Assembly: GCA_951406725.2 (NCBI GenBank)
Contig: OX597818.1
Location: 92,256,001 to 92,320,000, forward strand
DNA from: Octopus vulgaris
Taxonomy: Eukaryota
Direction of reading: 5' to 3'
Length of the DNA: 64,000 nucleotides
Below the pieces are notes generated by a model, which had not been told where the DNA came from, ran no database searches, and saw only the letters and a list, made by a program, of their open reading frames with translations. Below are positions 13,931 to 27,758 of this stretch, in pieces. Within the stretch, counting starts at the first letter, position 1, and each line of letters begins with the position of its first letter. A program made the position numbers and the translations under genes.

Positions 13931-15804
13931 TTCTTAAAATGCGTCGTATAGTTCAACAGATTTTATTTAATTTAGCTTAAAATTAATAGAAATCATTGTC
14001 ATTTATATTTCTTTCTCTCGCATTATCTTTAATCAAAGTGTAAATTTACATTTCTTTCTTTTCTCCATTCATGTTGTAATATTTCGGCTCTTTGTTAGTT
14101 AAAAAGAAACACACGGTTTATTATAGTCAATACGGCTTTTTCGATGTTGATCTCGTTTTCTTGTTGGAAATTACCCGATTTTACATTCACAAGTGAAGCA
14201 ACATAGGCGCAGGAGTGGCTGTGTGGTAAGTAGCTTGCTAACCAACCACATGGTTCTGGGTTCAGTCCCACTGCGTGGCATCTTGGGCATGTGTCTTCTG
14301 CTATAGCCCCGGGCCGACCAATGCCTTGTGAGTGGATTTGGTAGACGGAAACTGAAAGAAGCCTGTCATATATATGTATATATATATATGTATGTGTGTT
14401 TGTTTGTGTGTTTGTCCCCCAAGCATTGCTTGACAACCGATGCTGGTGTGTTTATGTCCCCGTTACTTAGCGGTTCGGCAAAAGAGACCGATAGAATAAG
14501 TACTGGGCTTACAAAAAGAATAAGTCCCGGGGTCGAGTTGCTCGATTAAAGGCGGTGCTCCAGCATGGCCGCAGTCAAATGACTGAAACAATTAAAAGAG
14601 TAAAAGAGTAAGTAAGAACAAATGCACAATGCTTTTCTCAAGTTTAAAATGCGACATTGTTTTTGTTATCTACATTCTACACACATAAATGCATGAAACA
14701 GAACACGCATGCACACACACACACATACACACACAGAGCCATTAGCTTCCTCCAATCACATAAATACACAAGCACATACACGTACACCCATTAGCTTCCA
14801 CCAAGCACATAGATACATAAGCACACACGTACACCAATTAGCACCCTCCACACACATAAATGCATATAAGTACACAGGTACACCCGTTAGCTTCCTCTTC
14901 TACTTTGACACGTCCAACAGAACAAGCACGCACACACATATACACCCGTATGCCTCTTCCACTTCAACTGGAGTGTTTACGAACTCGCAGCGAACCGAAA
15001 CGTAAGCATAAAGCATTCTATCCGACCCTCTAATGACTCCGCCAATTGGCCACCTCCCGATGTTGTATGTTGTTGTTACCAATTTAATATATAGCTCTAT
15101 ATGCATGGAATAATTCTGATGCTGGAAAGGCGTGTTTCAACTCAAGAAATATTAGAATATTAGTCCTCCCTTGTCAAAACCCAATATAACAAGCTTGATA
15201 AAGATGCCTGGTACAGTAAAATAAAGTATATATTCTGTTAAAGAGGTCAATCTTCAGATGAGACCAAGTTTTTTAAAATCATTGAAAATAAGTATATTTA
15301 TTAAGTAACTGCTTCAAACCAGCTTCTCGACACAAATTATAACTTTCTATTTGTAATCATAACTGTTCCGTTGATTTGAAATTTTGGCAGAAGTCCAGCA
15401 AGTTCGGCGGATAGGGTAAGTCTATTATATCGACCCCAGTAGATAACTGGTAATTTTATAGATCTCGAAACGCTCGGCAGAATTTGAACTCAGAACGCAA
15501 TGACAAATGAAATGCCACTGAACATTTTACCTGATGTGCTAACCGTTCTCCCAGCTCATCGCCTTACAGTACTTAATGTTAGTTAGTATCTAGGTCATTA
15601 TCTCAGAAACCAGAGGTTTTCAGGCAAAGAAACTAATCAACTCATAAGGACTCTATAAATTCTGTGTGGAACTAAAATTGTGAAAATATGCAAGTATTTA
15701 TGTTTAAATTCCAACAACGGAAATTATGTAAGCCAACCTCTAATTTACATAACGAACTCAAATAATTCAACAATAAAACTACATTGCTATCTAGTGGAAG
15801 TTAA

Positions 15805-16031
15805 GGCGGCGAGCTGGCAGAAACGTTAGCACGCCGGGCGAAATGCGCAGCCGTATTTCGTCTGCCGTTACGTTCTGGGTTCAAATTCCGCTGAGGTCGA
15901 CTTTGTCTTTCATCTTTTCGGGGTCGATAAATTAAGTACCAGTTACGCACTGGTAATCGACTTAATCCGTTTGTCTGTTCTTATTTGTCCCCTCTGTGTT
16001 TAGCCCCTTGTGGGTAGTAAAGAAATATATA
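15805..16031 (+). mobile_element. tRNA-derived SINE family B; other copies at 4920-5370(-), 15370-15565(-), 16820-17052(-), 28690-29243(-, multimer), 35880-35990, 36420-36605 and 53720-54498(-, multimer)
   Basis: B box ggttcaaattcc, core tttcatc(c/t)tttcggggtcgataaattaagtaccag; target duplications tagtggaagtt (this copy) and atcgctagataatacc (16820 copy). Confidence 0.9.
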
Positions 16032-16375
16032 TAGTGGAAGTTTAAATGGCCAAGTAATTGACAAGTTCGCTTTACAATGTCGAGATTACGAGCGACGCAA
16101 CAAACTAATCAAGTCTTCATTAACATTATGTACAGAAGAGATATCTTGAGAGAAAAAGCAGGGGTATTCTTGAAAAATAAATCTTGAAGATTCTTAAGAA
16201 GTCTTGAAGAATTTTGAATGAGAAATAAAATATCATCTTGAGAAAGAATTTGTAAAATCATGATTTGTGAAGATCACATACGTTGATATTGGTTGTTTTA
16301 AGTACCGTAAATCCTCGTGTATAATCCGCATTTTTTTCCCCAAGATTTAAAGGTCAAAATCCCTGGTGCGTATTA

Positions 16376-16415
<40 letters not shown>

Positions 16416-16459
16416 ACTTACACACACACACATACACACATATGTATGCCACAGAACCT

Positions 16460-16620
16460 CAATGACCCCACAATCCACAGGAATACAGTGGAGGGGATGT
16501 GAAGATATATTAAGAGAAAATGTTGTAACATGTATGGCACCTCAGATGCTCTATTTTCTACTTATGTATTAGAATTTTGATGCCGACAATACAACACAAA
16601 TAACACTTTTATGAATTTCA
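16460..16620 (+). pseudogene. Second fragment of the Merlin transposase 3' end
   Basis: Diverged copy of about 13775-13932 (ccccacaatccacaggaatacagtggaggggatgtg...). Confidence 0.75.
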
Positions 16621-18059
16621 TAAATCCTTTAAAACGGCATCAAAAATTATTGTATATCGCAGAAGACATCTCGAAGATATTTGAAAGCATTAATATTAAA
16701 TATTCCACAACTGTACACAGTTTCTCTTCTCTATACCAAATTATTAAGTCAGCTCTATTATGTTTACATGTTACGCAGTGTCCTAGCTACAAAATCATGT
16801 CCCATCGCTAGATAATACCTATTTCTTTATTACCCACAAGGGACTAAACATAGAGGAGACAAACAAGGACAGACATAGGGATTAAGTCGATTGCATCGAC
16901 CCCAGTGCATAACTGGTACTTAATTTATCGACCCCAAAAGGATGAAAGGCAAAGTCGACCTCGGCAGAATTTGAACTCAGAACGCAGCGGCAGACGAAAT
17001 ACCGCCAGGCATTTCGCCCGGCGTGCTAACGATTCTGCCAGCTCGCCACCTTATCGCTAGATAATACCGTGATGAAGAATAGATTTTCGAAAGGTAACAT
17101 CAGATAAACATCGGAAAGATCCTTAAATAGAGTTCTTCACGAAAAAAGTAAAACATTGATGGAATAATGCAAACGAGATTTTGATAAGGCAGGAAGCTGC
17201 GCTTTATGGTAGCATTATATCTAGATTAAATGGTTAAATTTAAAAAGTTGTAATGTTAGATCTATTTTGATTTTTATATCTTTGTTCTTTCTTGTTTTCT
17301 TTTTGGTATCATATTCGTTCAGCTTCTATGGAATTCTGTTTTTAACCTATATTTTATAAACTTTCACAACCCCGCTATACACACATGCACATACGCAAAC
17401 ACATACAGACACAATCACACACGCAAACACACACACACAGTGTAAACAGACTCCCCACTATCTAGGGGTGAGAAAATCTAGAATCAGTGAAAATCGGTCG
17501 CAAAACATTGACTGCATACTCCTTAACACTAACAGTGTCAGAAAAACAGTCTTTATAGTCTTCCCTCTTCTCTGGTTCAGTGTCAAGGATTCTTATTACT
17601 ATAATTTCCATTTCTTTCTTAATTCTTTTTATACCCTTCTTTCGTTTAAACTTCCAATTGTAAACAAGAGTCACAATTCTTAACAATAAGCAACAAAACG
17701 TATCGTGGCAATCTGCTAGAGAACAGAGGTCAACAACAAATGTTTTAAGATAGAAAACAAATTAACACATTTTAATGTAGGCATGCGCCCCTCACAAAAA
17801 AAACTCAGTTCTTGATTTGCTAGAAATAGCAGCCAAATCTCCCTCAAATGACACCTTACTGCCATAAAATAATGAGTACTCATTTAGTTATTCAAAAAAA
17901 GTACTTTAATCCTTTATGAGCCAGAAATAGCATCCAAATCTCCCTCAAGCCACACTTTCCATTTTTCGACGTTGATCTCGTTTTCTTCTTGGGATGGAGT
18001 ACATTCAGTCTTTGGTCATATTCCCTTCTATTGGTGGTTTTACTCGAAGGAGATATTTG

Positions 18060-18325
18060 CGAAGTGTTGTATTACTCCATCCCATGCAGCTGTGGTTGGA
18101 TATACAAAGGCGAAATATCCTGCCCCTCAAAATAAGGGTAGACGAACATCGCAAAGCTGAGACACGATGAAATATTGATAAATCGGGTATAGCTGATCAG
18201 GTATGGAAAAATGGAGACCACCTCCCCCTGTGGGATGAAGTTAAAATAATAAATAGAGAACGCAACTGGAATATACGAAAACTAAAAGCAACAGCACTTA
18301 TGTTAGGACACAACAACCTCCTAAG
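18060..18325 (+). pseudogene. Penelope-like GIY-YIG endonuclease fragment
   Basis: Frameshifted YSIPCSCGWIYKGE...IRVDEHRK...SGIADQVW...WDEVKII...RKLK. Confidence 0.8.
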
Positions 18326-18532
18326 TAGACCGAATGCAGATATGAGTAATGTAGGGGAAGGATAGGAAAATATTAGATTTATAAGCCCTACAAATTCTTT
18401 CTATAATTGCCCACGAGCATATGGCGTAGTGGTTAAACGCGAGGACTACTAACTCCAAGATCCCGAGTTCTATCCCTAATAATACCAGCTGATGAACGCT
18501 GGTGGGTGTATCAGCCGAAACTTTGTGTTCAC

Positions 18533-18563
<31 letters not shown>

Positions 18564-18564
18564 A

Positions 18565-19702
18565 TATATATTTATTTCCGTTTTATTTTTTGATTTTTGT
18601 ATTTATATTCGTGTAACATCGTCCGTTTTTCTGTCCTTGTTTCGTATACATTCGATCCTTTTTCCAAGAAATCTAATGCTCGTAGCTTAGTTTTTCCTTG
18701 GGGCTGGCCAGATCGGAGCAATCTCAAGATTAATCAGCCGAAATTGCGAGGATGATCTGGTTCTTGACTGAAGATTAGAGGCTTCGAATGACCCGTCCGT
18801 TTTTTTGTATCGTCTATTTGAATGTTTTGCGTTCTTGTCCCATTTTGTATTTATATATATATATATATTATTGCGGCGTACGCACACCTTATTCTCTTAT
18901 ATGTATGTAAGCATTCCACTAAACTTTGTACGACTTCTACACACACTTCCTCTGTCTTTCTTACTTTGTACTTCACTGTCTCTGTCTTTCTCTTTTCTCG
19001 CCTTCTTGATTCTTCGGTCTCCTCTTTCCCCCACTCTCTTACATTTCTCTGCCTTTCTTACATTGCACTTCACTGACCCTGTCTTTCTTTGGTCTCGTCA
19101 ATCCTTGGCACGCTCTCTTTCTTCCCCCCTCCTTGATTCCTTCTTTCTCTCTCTCTTCTCCCCCTCCTTAATACCTTTGTTCCTCTTTTTCTCTCTTTTC
19201 TCTCTCTTTAATTCCTTTGCCCCTTTTTTTCTCTCTCTCTTCTCTTCTCACGTGACCGATGGCAATAGCCTTTCCGCTTCTGACCAGCGCCACGACAACA
19301 TCACGTTCTTCGTCTGCCGTAAGGCATTATTTTTCAAATATGCCAGCTAAGTTCAACTGTCTAAAGTCGAAAAACGCCTGTTGTTTTGTCCTGTTATTAT
19401 TATTATTATTATTTTTGTATTTAAATTCGTATTATTTTTTGTTTTTGCATTTATATTCGTGTAACATCGTCCGTTTTTGTTTTTGTCCTTGTTTCGTATA
19501 CATTCGATCCTTTTTCCAAGAAATCTAATGCTCGTAGCTTAGTTTTTCCTTGGGGCTGGCCAGATCGGAGCAATCTCAAGATTAATCAGCCGAAATTGCG
19601 AGGATGATCCGGTTCTTGACTGAAGATTAGAGGCTTCGAATGACCCGTCCGTTTTTTGTATCGTCTATTTGAATGTTTTACGTTCTTGTCCCATTTTGTG
19701 TT

Positions 19703-19705
<3 letters not shown>
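18565..19705. mobile_element. Direct repeats of ~280 bp (18580-18855 and 19430-19705) around a pyrimidine-rich spacer; Penelope pLTR-like
   Basis: Near-identical attcgtgtaacatcgtccg...gttcttgtcccattttg copies, each ending in (TA)n. Confidence 0.6.
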
Positions 19706-19744
<39 letters not shown>

Positions 19745-19946
19745 GCAATAATAATTCTCTAAAAGGGATATAGACAGTAACTGCTCGATAACATAAGGGA
19801 CTAAAGCCATCTGAATATGGCTAGGGACAGGGCAGGGTGGTGGGGGTGTTACTGTTGCATTTAGCCCCAGGCGAACATCGACGTCACCAGAAAGGCTCGA
19901 CACCGTCACGGTGCCCTAAACCTGCAAAGGGAGGTAATTCCCCGAT

Positions 19947-20020
19947 GAAGCGGAAACCACACACGGACCATGGTTTCAAGGTGTATTGCCTATCATCGGC
20001 GTGTGGTAGGCCTCCGCTTC
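19947..20020 (-). ncRNA. Type I hammerhead ribozyme, minus strand; further copies at 20307-20380, 20667-20740, 21027-21100 and 21386-21459
   Basis: Reverse complement of the 21721-21794 motif in each 360-bp unit. Confidence 0.75.
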
Positions 20021-21720
20021 CTCGACGAATTCTCCCTCTGCAGGATTTTCTTATATAGATTTTCAAGCAAAATACATTTGCTGATTTCGAAAATCTGTTC
20101 GAAAGCAATAATAATTCTCTAAAAGGGATATAGACAGTAACTGCTCGATAACATAAGGGACTAAAGCCATCTGAATATGGCTAGGGACAGGGCAGGGTGG
20201 TGGGGGTGTTACTGTTGCATTTAGCCCCAGGCGAACATCGACGTCACCAGAAAGGCTCGACACCGTCACGGTGCCCTAAACCTGCAAAGGGAGGTAATTC
20301 CCCGATGAAGCGGAAACCACACACGGACCATGGTTTCAAGGTGTATTGCCTATCATCGGCGTGTGGTAGGCCTCCGCTTCCTCGACGAATTCTCCCTCTG
20401 CAGGATTTTCTTATATAGATTTTCAAGCAAAATACATTTGCTGATTTCGAAAATCTGTTCGAAAGCAATAATAATTCTCTAAAAGGGATATAGACAGTAA
20501 CTGCTCGATAACATAAGGGACTAAAGCCATCTGAATATGGCTAGGGACAGGGCAGGGTGGTGGGGGTGTTACTGTTGCATTTAGCCCCAGGCGAACATCG
20601 ACGTCACCAGAAAGGCTCGACACCGTCACGGTGCCCTAAACCTGCAAAGGGAGGTAATTCCCCGATGAAGCGGAAACCACACACGGACCATGGTTTCAAG
20701 GTGTATTGCCTATCATCGGCGTGTGGTAGGCCTCCGCTTCCTCGACGAATTCTCCCTCTGCAGGATTTTCTTATATAGATTTTCAAGCAAAATACATTTG
20801 CTGATTTCGAAAATCTGTTCGAAAGCAATAATAATTCTCTAAAAGGGATATAGACAGTAACTGCTCGATAACATAAGGGACTAAAGCCATCTGAATATGG
20901 CTAGGGACAGGGCAGGGTGGTGGGGGTGTTACTGTTGCATTTAGCCCCAGGCGAACATCGACGTCACCAGAAAGGCTCGACACCGTCACGGTGCCCTAAA
21001 CCTGCAAAGGGAGGTAATTCCCCGATGAAGCGGAAACCACACACGGACCATGGTTTCAAGGTGTATTGCCTATCATCGGCGTGTGGTAGGCCTCCGCTTC
21101 CTCGACGAATTCTCCTCTGCAGGATTTTCTTATATAGATTTTCAAGCAAAATACATTTGCTGATTTCGAAAATCTGTTCGAAAGCAATAATAATTCTCTA
21201 AAAGGGATATAGACAGTAACTGCTCGATAACATAAGGGACTAAAGCCATCTGAATATGGCTAGGGACAGGGCAGGGTGGTGGGGGTGTTACTGTTGCATT
21301 TAGCCCCAGGCGAACATCGACGTCACCAGAAAGGCTCGACACCGTCACGGTGCCCTAAACCTGCAAAGGGAGGTAATTCCCCGATGAAGCGGAAACCACA
21401 CACGGACCATGGTTTCAAGGTGTATTGCCTATCATCGGCGTGTGGTAGGCCTCCGCTTCCTCGACGAATTCTCCCTCTGCAGGATTTTCTTATATAGATT
21501 TTCAAGCAAAATACATTTGCTGATTTCGAAAATCTGTTCGAAAGCAATAATAATTCTCTAAAAGGGATATAGACAGTAACTGCTCGATAACATAAGGGAC
21601 TAACTGTCTATATCCCTTTTAGAGAATTATTATTGCTTTCGAACAGATTTTCGAAATCAGCAAATGTATTTTGCTTGAAAATCTATATAAGAAAATCCTG
21701 CAGAGGGAGAATTCGTCGAG

Positions 21721-21794
21721 GAAGCGGAGGCCTACCACACGCCGATGATAGGCAATACACCTTGAAACCATGGTCCGTGTGTGGTTTCCGCTTC
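21721..21794 (+). ncRNA. Type I hammerhead ribozyme (core variant CCGAUGA, GUC site); further + copies at 22080-22153 and 22440-22513
   Basis: accacacg CCGATGA taggcaatacacctt GAAA c catg g TC cgtgtgtggt; distal stem I gaagcgga/tccgcttc; predicted cleavage after 21775. Confidence 0.75.
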
Positions 21795-22668
21795 ATCGGG
21801 GAATTACCTCCTTTGCAGGTTTAGGGCACCGTGACGGTGTCGAGCCTTTCTGGTGACGTCGATGTTCGCCTGGGGCTAAATGCAACAGTAACACCCCCAC
21901 CACCCTGCCCTGTCCCTAGCCATATTCAGATGGCTTTAGTCCCTTATGTTATCGAGCAGTTACTGTCTATATCCCTTTTAGAGAATTATTATTGCTTTCG
22001 AACAGATTTTCGAAATCAGCAAATGTATTTTGCTTGAAAATCTATATAAGAAAATCCTGCAGAGGGAGAATTCGTCGAGGAAGCGGAGGCCTACCACACG
22101 CCGATGATAGGCAATACACCTTGAAACCATGGTCCGTGTGTGGTTTCCGCTTCATCGGGGAATTACCTCCCTTTGCAGGTTTAGGGCACCGTGACGGTGT
22201 CGAGCCTTTCTGGTGACGTCGATGTTCGCCTGGGGCTAAATGCAACAGTAACACCCCCACCACCCTGCCCTGTCCCTAGCCATATTCAGATGGCTTTAGT
22301 CCCTTATGTTATCGAGCAGTTACTGTCTATATCCCTTTTAGAGAATTATTATTGCTTTCGAACAGATTTTCGAAATCAGCAAATGTATTTTGCTTGAAAA
22401 TCTATATAAGAAAATCCTGCAGAGGGAGAATTCGTCGAGGAAGCGGAGGCCTACCACACGCCGATGATAGGCAATACACCTTGAAACCATGGTCCGTGTG
22501 TGGTTTCCGCTTCATCGGGGAATTACCTCCCTTTGCAGGTTTAGGGCACCGTGACGGTGTCGAGCCTTTCTGGTGACGTCGATGTTCGCCTGGGGCTAAA
22601 TGCAACAGTAACACCCCCACCACCCTGCCCTGTCCCTAGCCATATTCAGATGGCTTTAGTCCCTTATG

Positions 22669-22752
<84 letters not shown>

Positions 22753-22788
22753 AGAGAGGAACTGATAGACAGATAGATAGATAGAGAG

Positions 22789-22839
<51 letters not shown>

Positions 22840-23389
22840 CAGATAGATAGATAGATAGGTCATCTGCTATAGCACCAGACAGGCCAATTCCTTGTGAGTG
22901 AAATTGGTAGACAGAAACAATGTGGAAGCCCATCATATTTGGGTGTAAGTGAGCGTGAGTAGGTGTGTGTGTGTGTGTGTACGTACGTGCGTGCGTATAT
23001 ATATATTTGCGCTCACCACCGTTTGAGACAGACAAAAATGACCGACGGTACAAGTACCAGATTTTAAGAATGTTAGTCTTAGGGTTGATCCTTCAAGGTA
23101 GAGCACACACATACACCCACAAACATATACACACACACACATACACACACATACACACAAGCACACTTTCACACACGCGCACGCACACATACATTCACTC
23201 ACAGACACATATACACACTCGCGCACCCACATGCATATATACATGCACATGTACACATACAGACACGCACACACGCATTCACACACACATACACGCATTC
23301 ACACACTTCCACGCACAAACACATAGTCTCACACACAAACACACTTAAACACACATTCATACACATACACGCTCTCTCTTTCTTTCTTT

Positions 23390-23427
<38 letters not shown>

Positions 23428-24513
23428 TACACACATGTATGCCACAGAACCTTGCAAAACCAGACACCGATATCTAAGCGTTATCTGAGCCTAATACAAT
23501 TACTTAAAAAGAACCAATATCAATGTATGGGATCTTCACAAACCATGATTCTACAAACTATAGCCTAGGACTGACCAAAGCCTTGTGAGTGGATTTGGTA
23601 GACGGAAAGTGAAAGAAGCCCATCGTATATATCTATCCATATGTATATATATATATATCTGTGTGTGTGTGTGTGTGTGTATGTTTGTGTGTTAGTGTGT
23701 TAGTGTTTGTCCTCGCAACATCGCTTGACAACCAATGCTCGTACATTTATGTTCCTGTAACTTAGTGGTTGGGCAAAAGAGACTAATAAGGATAAGTACC
23801 AGGCTCACAAAGAATAAGTCCTGGAGTCGATTTGTTTGACTAAAGGCAGTGCTCCAGCACGGCCGCCGTTAAATGACAAACAACTAAAAGAACAATATAT
23901 TGTATATTGTATGTTATATGTTATGCTTTAAGAAAAAAACATTTTTACTCAGATGAAGGACAACTCAGAATAACGGATCTGAGATTTGCGGCATTCATAA
24001 ACAATTGTACTACCATCATCAGCGGCAAACAGATATCGTTGTGGTTTCGACACTTGAACAGCATCATTTAATCCGGCGGTTTGAACGGCGTTAAAAACAT
24101 AAACACTACTTGGGGATCAACAGTATTCAGCAGGAACGAAGCATTAACGTAACATGTCCAGTTTGCCAACACTTATTACTACAAGTAACAACATCAACGT
24201 AAACAAATGTTATTAACTTCTAGTTACGAAACAGTACGTGTAAAACAAAGAACTTATCCTTAAAAGATCACTGTGATCCTAAAGTTATAATAGAAACTAA
24301 GGAGCCAAACTTACCAGGAAATAGTTCAACTCCCAATACTCGACGTAAGTGTTACGCAAAGAAGAGAAAACCAAGAATATAAAACATATAAACTACAATC
24401 AACATAGATTACTAGGTACTTTGTTTCTCAATCTATATCACATCACAAACATACACGCACAGACACATACACACATGCACACACATACACGCACAAACAC
24501 ATACACACACACA

Positions 24514-24547
<34 letters not shown>

Positions 24548-24681
24548 TATACACTCTCACGCACATATATACAAGCTTCGCTTTTCATTTGACAGACATC
24601 TATTTACTAATGAACGTTAATGCATTTTCCATGCAACGGACTCGTACCTTTCCATAAATTTATATAGCAAGAAAAGCGAAA

Positions 24682-24712
<31 letters not shown>

Positions 24713-24749
24713 GTTGTTGTTGTTGTTGTTGTTGTTGTTATATTTATTA

Positions 24750-25306
24750 TTGAATGAGAGAGCAGTGCATGCCATCAAAGTGACACTGGGTTAAAATATA
24801 CAAAGCCCAGTATACACATCATGACTACCCCTCTGATAAGGGTACACTAGGCACATGCATCACAACCATATGTGCGCGACGTGGTGATCTCATATCAAGA
24901 TAAACAGCACATGACCTTGCAGGTGGGGCCCAGTTAGAATTTTCTTCATTTTGAGTAGCCCATCCTGCTCAAACGGTCCCTGAATAAGGGTTGTTTAAGG
25001 ATGTTGAAAGAACCACCCATGTTTCCAGAGGTGAACTATTCAAACCCCAAAGAATCCCTCTCAACACATGGCTATGATGCTCCCCCACTACTTCTGCTCG
25101 TGATCAGAGATGCACATATCGTCAGCCACTAAGGGACATGCTCAACTGGTTAAGGTCAAACAACTGACAAGCAAATCTGTGGTATTGAGCAGAATATTTG
25201 CTGTAGCCCATCTTTTATACCAAGACAAAACAATGTACATGATAACACTTCCAATCAGTTAAGATCAGAAGCCATGAGAGCCACTGCCTGGTACTGCATC
25301 AGGGCA

Positions 25307-25308
<2 letters not shown>
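24750..25308 (-). mobile_element. Non-coding interspersed element inserted in (ATT)n
   Basis: Higher-GC ~560-bp block bounded on both sides by (ATT)n/(GTT)n tracts. Confidence 0.5.
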
Positions 25309-25379
<71 letters not shown>

Positions 25380-25679
25380 TTCATTATCATCTTTCAATTT
25401 TGTTTCCATTTCTTGCCGAGTGACTTCCTTACACCTAGGACAGAGAAACGTACTGTATACGTTGGTAGGCCATTTAAATAAACATACTAAATCGTCCATT
25501 TACAAAGTCATGTGATAGAGAAAAGGGGCAGAAAGACAGAGAGAAAAACTAAAAAAAATAAAAAGAGAAACAAAGAAAATAAAGAGGGGAAAGGAAATAA
25601 TGCTATTCTCAATACGTGTAACGTACGAGTTAAGACAATCTTTTGTACTTCCTGTATGGACGGTTAGCCAGGGATCATG

Positions 25680-26080
25680 ATATTGGCCACCTCTGTCATC
25701 TCTTGATTTGTACCCAACAGGTGCTAAAACCTTACATCCAGAAATTAGGTGGTCCACTGTTTCTATCCTATCGTTGTAATGTCGGGGCTTTGGGTCTACA
25801 CCATTTTTCCGCACATTGGCCTGATAGTTCCGCGTCAATAAGCTCTGACCTTGGGCAGACAAGATAAAATCGTCACTCTCTGCTTTTAGCCCTGAGCTCC
25901 ATAGCCACTGATGGTTGTGCTTCTGGTCTACATCAGCTTGTTTGCCACGTGCTACATATTTGCCATACAGATGTTTTTGTTCCCACCTATTAGCCAATTT
26001 CAAAATGCATTTTGCTTTGCTATTGATTTAACCTTTGCAACTACAGTTGCTGCACTTCCATCATGCTGTTCAAGCTAGGT
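25680..26080 (-). pseudogene. Dong/R4-clade fragment (zinc-knuckle region)
   Basis: LYGKY...QWL...LKAES...FILSAQGQSLLTRNY...ETVDHLISGCKVLA. Confidence 0.8.
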
Positions 26081-27683
26081 ATTATGCATAAGCTTACTTG
26101 AAAATATTATTATTATTATTGTTGTTGTTGTTGTTCTGAAAGACTCTCGGATAGTTCTTAAATACCGGTTATCCACTTGAAAGCAGGCAATAAAAAAATC
26201 ACCAAAGGTTTCAAGTGGTGCCTTCTCCTGTGACTCAAAGAAAATAAGTGTGCGTGTGTGTTCTGCACGAGCATGCGTACTTGCGTATGTGTGTGTTCTG
26301 CACGAGCATGCGTACTTGCGTATGTGTGTGTATGCATGTCAGAATAGAAAATGGATGATCAAGAAGTTTCAAATTTTCAGTTGTTTTGCTCTACACTTTT
26401 TTCAATAAATTAAATGCAGATATAGTCAACTGTATAATTATTACAAAATTAATACATAAGACCATGAAGCAGAGCTATAAGAATCCGGAAGGTAGCACAG
26501 CAGAGCCAACAGGGCCAGTGGACAGCATGGGAAGGTGCACTTCAGAAGTGTCCCAACTGGAAAGACTAGATGAAATCCCAAAATAGTTTAAGCACTGAAA
26601 TCTCCGATATCCAACTGTCTAAAAAGCGACAGCAGAAGGGCAACCAATGGTCATAACTTGGATGCGGCCTGGTCCCTCGGAGAGTAAGAAGTTAAGGACC
26701 GGAACACTTGCCTGAGTGGGGTTTCTTCTCTAAAGAACATCTAGTGTTCAGCCCCCTTAAACGTTTCTTACTACTATAATCGATATAATGACATGGTGTC
26801 TTAATATAGTATATCCGATAGGCTTCTGCACAGTTTCCATCAACCCACTTTCTCTGAAAACACTTGGGTCGACCGAGATTATAATAGAAAGTATTTGTCC
26901 AAGATGCCCTTCCGCAGAAAAGTCACGAAATTCTTAACCTCTCGTGTATCCCTATAAACACGCACGCATAAGTATTTACGAATTCAACGAACGAATAAAT
27001 TTGTGTTTTTGTGTGCGCATCCACATACAAGCTCGCAAACATGTATGCTTGATTGAGAGGGTGAATGTGCATGTGTTTATATAATTTTTTGAATAATGAT
27101 TGGTATAATACTTAGTTCTCACATTTTTTTATGTGCCTATCATTCGTCATTTTCTTTAGCTTTCGTTTCCTCGTGTGTTTGTTTTGTTTTTTCATGTCCA
27201 ACAATTCTAATTTGTCGGTGTGTTTATATATTCTACAAATTGCATGAATATATCTGTCTGCGTTGTGTAACTTCAAAACATTTCTTTTGGCCAATCATTT
27301 TCGTCTATTTTTTATCTTGCTTGACAGATCCTGCTTTGGCTAATGTTCCCACGATATCAAATCGCTTAGATTTTGTGTCATGATTGTAGCAGGAGGAGTG
27401 TATATGCGAATGTGTGAATAATTGTCTATGTATGTATGTGTGTGTGTAAGTGAGTGTGTTTAAATGTTCATATAGAGAGAGAGTGAGACAGGCAGATATA
27501 TATATATTTTTTTATATAAATATGAATTACTAAACAATTTTTCTGTTGCATATATGTTTAACTGGGAACCACAACGTTCGAGCTAATGATATTTTATTAA
27601 GTCTGAATACCATCAAAGAATTATATAATTATTTTAATTAACAGTAAACCGAAGCAGAAGTAATTAAACGGATCGCCAACAAG

Positions 27684-27758
27684 ATGGTACCTCGCCAGTT
27701 CCTGATGTTCGTTGTTGTTTTCCATTTGGGTATAACAGCCTATGGAAACCAAAATCCG
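27684..27758 (+). CDS. ITIH-like gene exon 1 (signal peptide MVPRQFLMFVVVFHLGITAYGNQNP)
   Basis: ATG at 27684, hydrophobic signal-peptide-like stretch, donor CCG|gtaagt, phase 0 matching exon 2. Confidence 0.75.

Larger units (their letters stand above)
19744..22672. mobile_element. 360-bp HHR-bearing tandem/fold-back array in (TA)n (retrozyme-like, Penelope pLTR-like)
   Basis: About 5.2 near-identical units in one orientation (19744-21603), then about 3 inverted units (21603-22672); (TA)n on both sides; one HHR motif per unit. Confidence 0.85.

Noticed and set aside
18735-18800. HHR in the pLTR-like direct repeats (GAAA...CTGAAGA...GAAT)
   Set aside because: No consistent stems II and III in either type I or type II topology
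19942-19980. Second HHR-like core on the opposite strand of the 360-bp unit (CCGATGA agcg GAAA cca...tggtt)
   Set aside because: Stem II is essentially absent and stem I does not pair; likely a mirror effect of the real hairpin
19837-22623. Repeated 61-94 aa ORFs in the 360-bp array
   Set aside because: By-products of a tandem repeat on both strands; no recognisable domain, and 1-bp indels break them
19744-22672. CRISPR-like array
   Set aside because: Units are identical with no unique spacers; eukaryotic context with no cas genes
27615-27650. TATA box for the ITIH-like gene
   Set aside because: TATA-like words are ubiquitous in this AT-rich DNA; TSS data are needed
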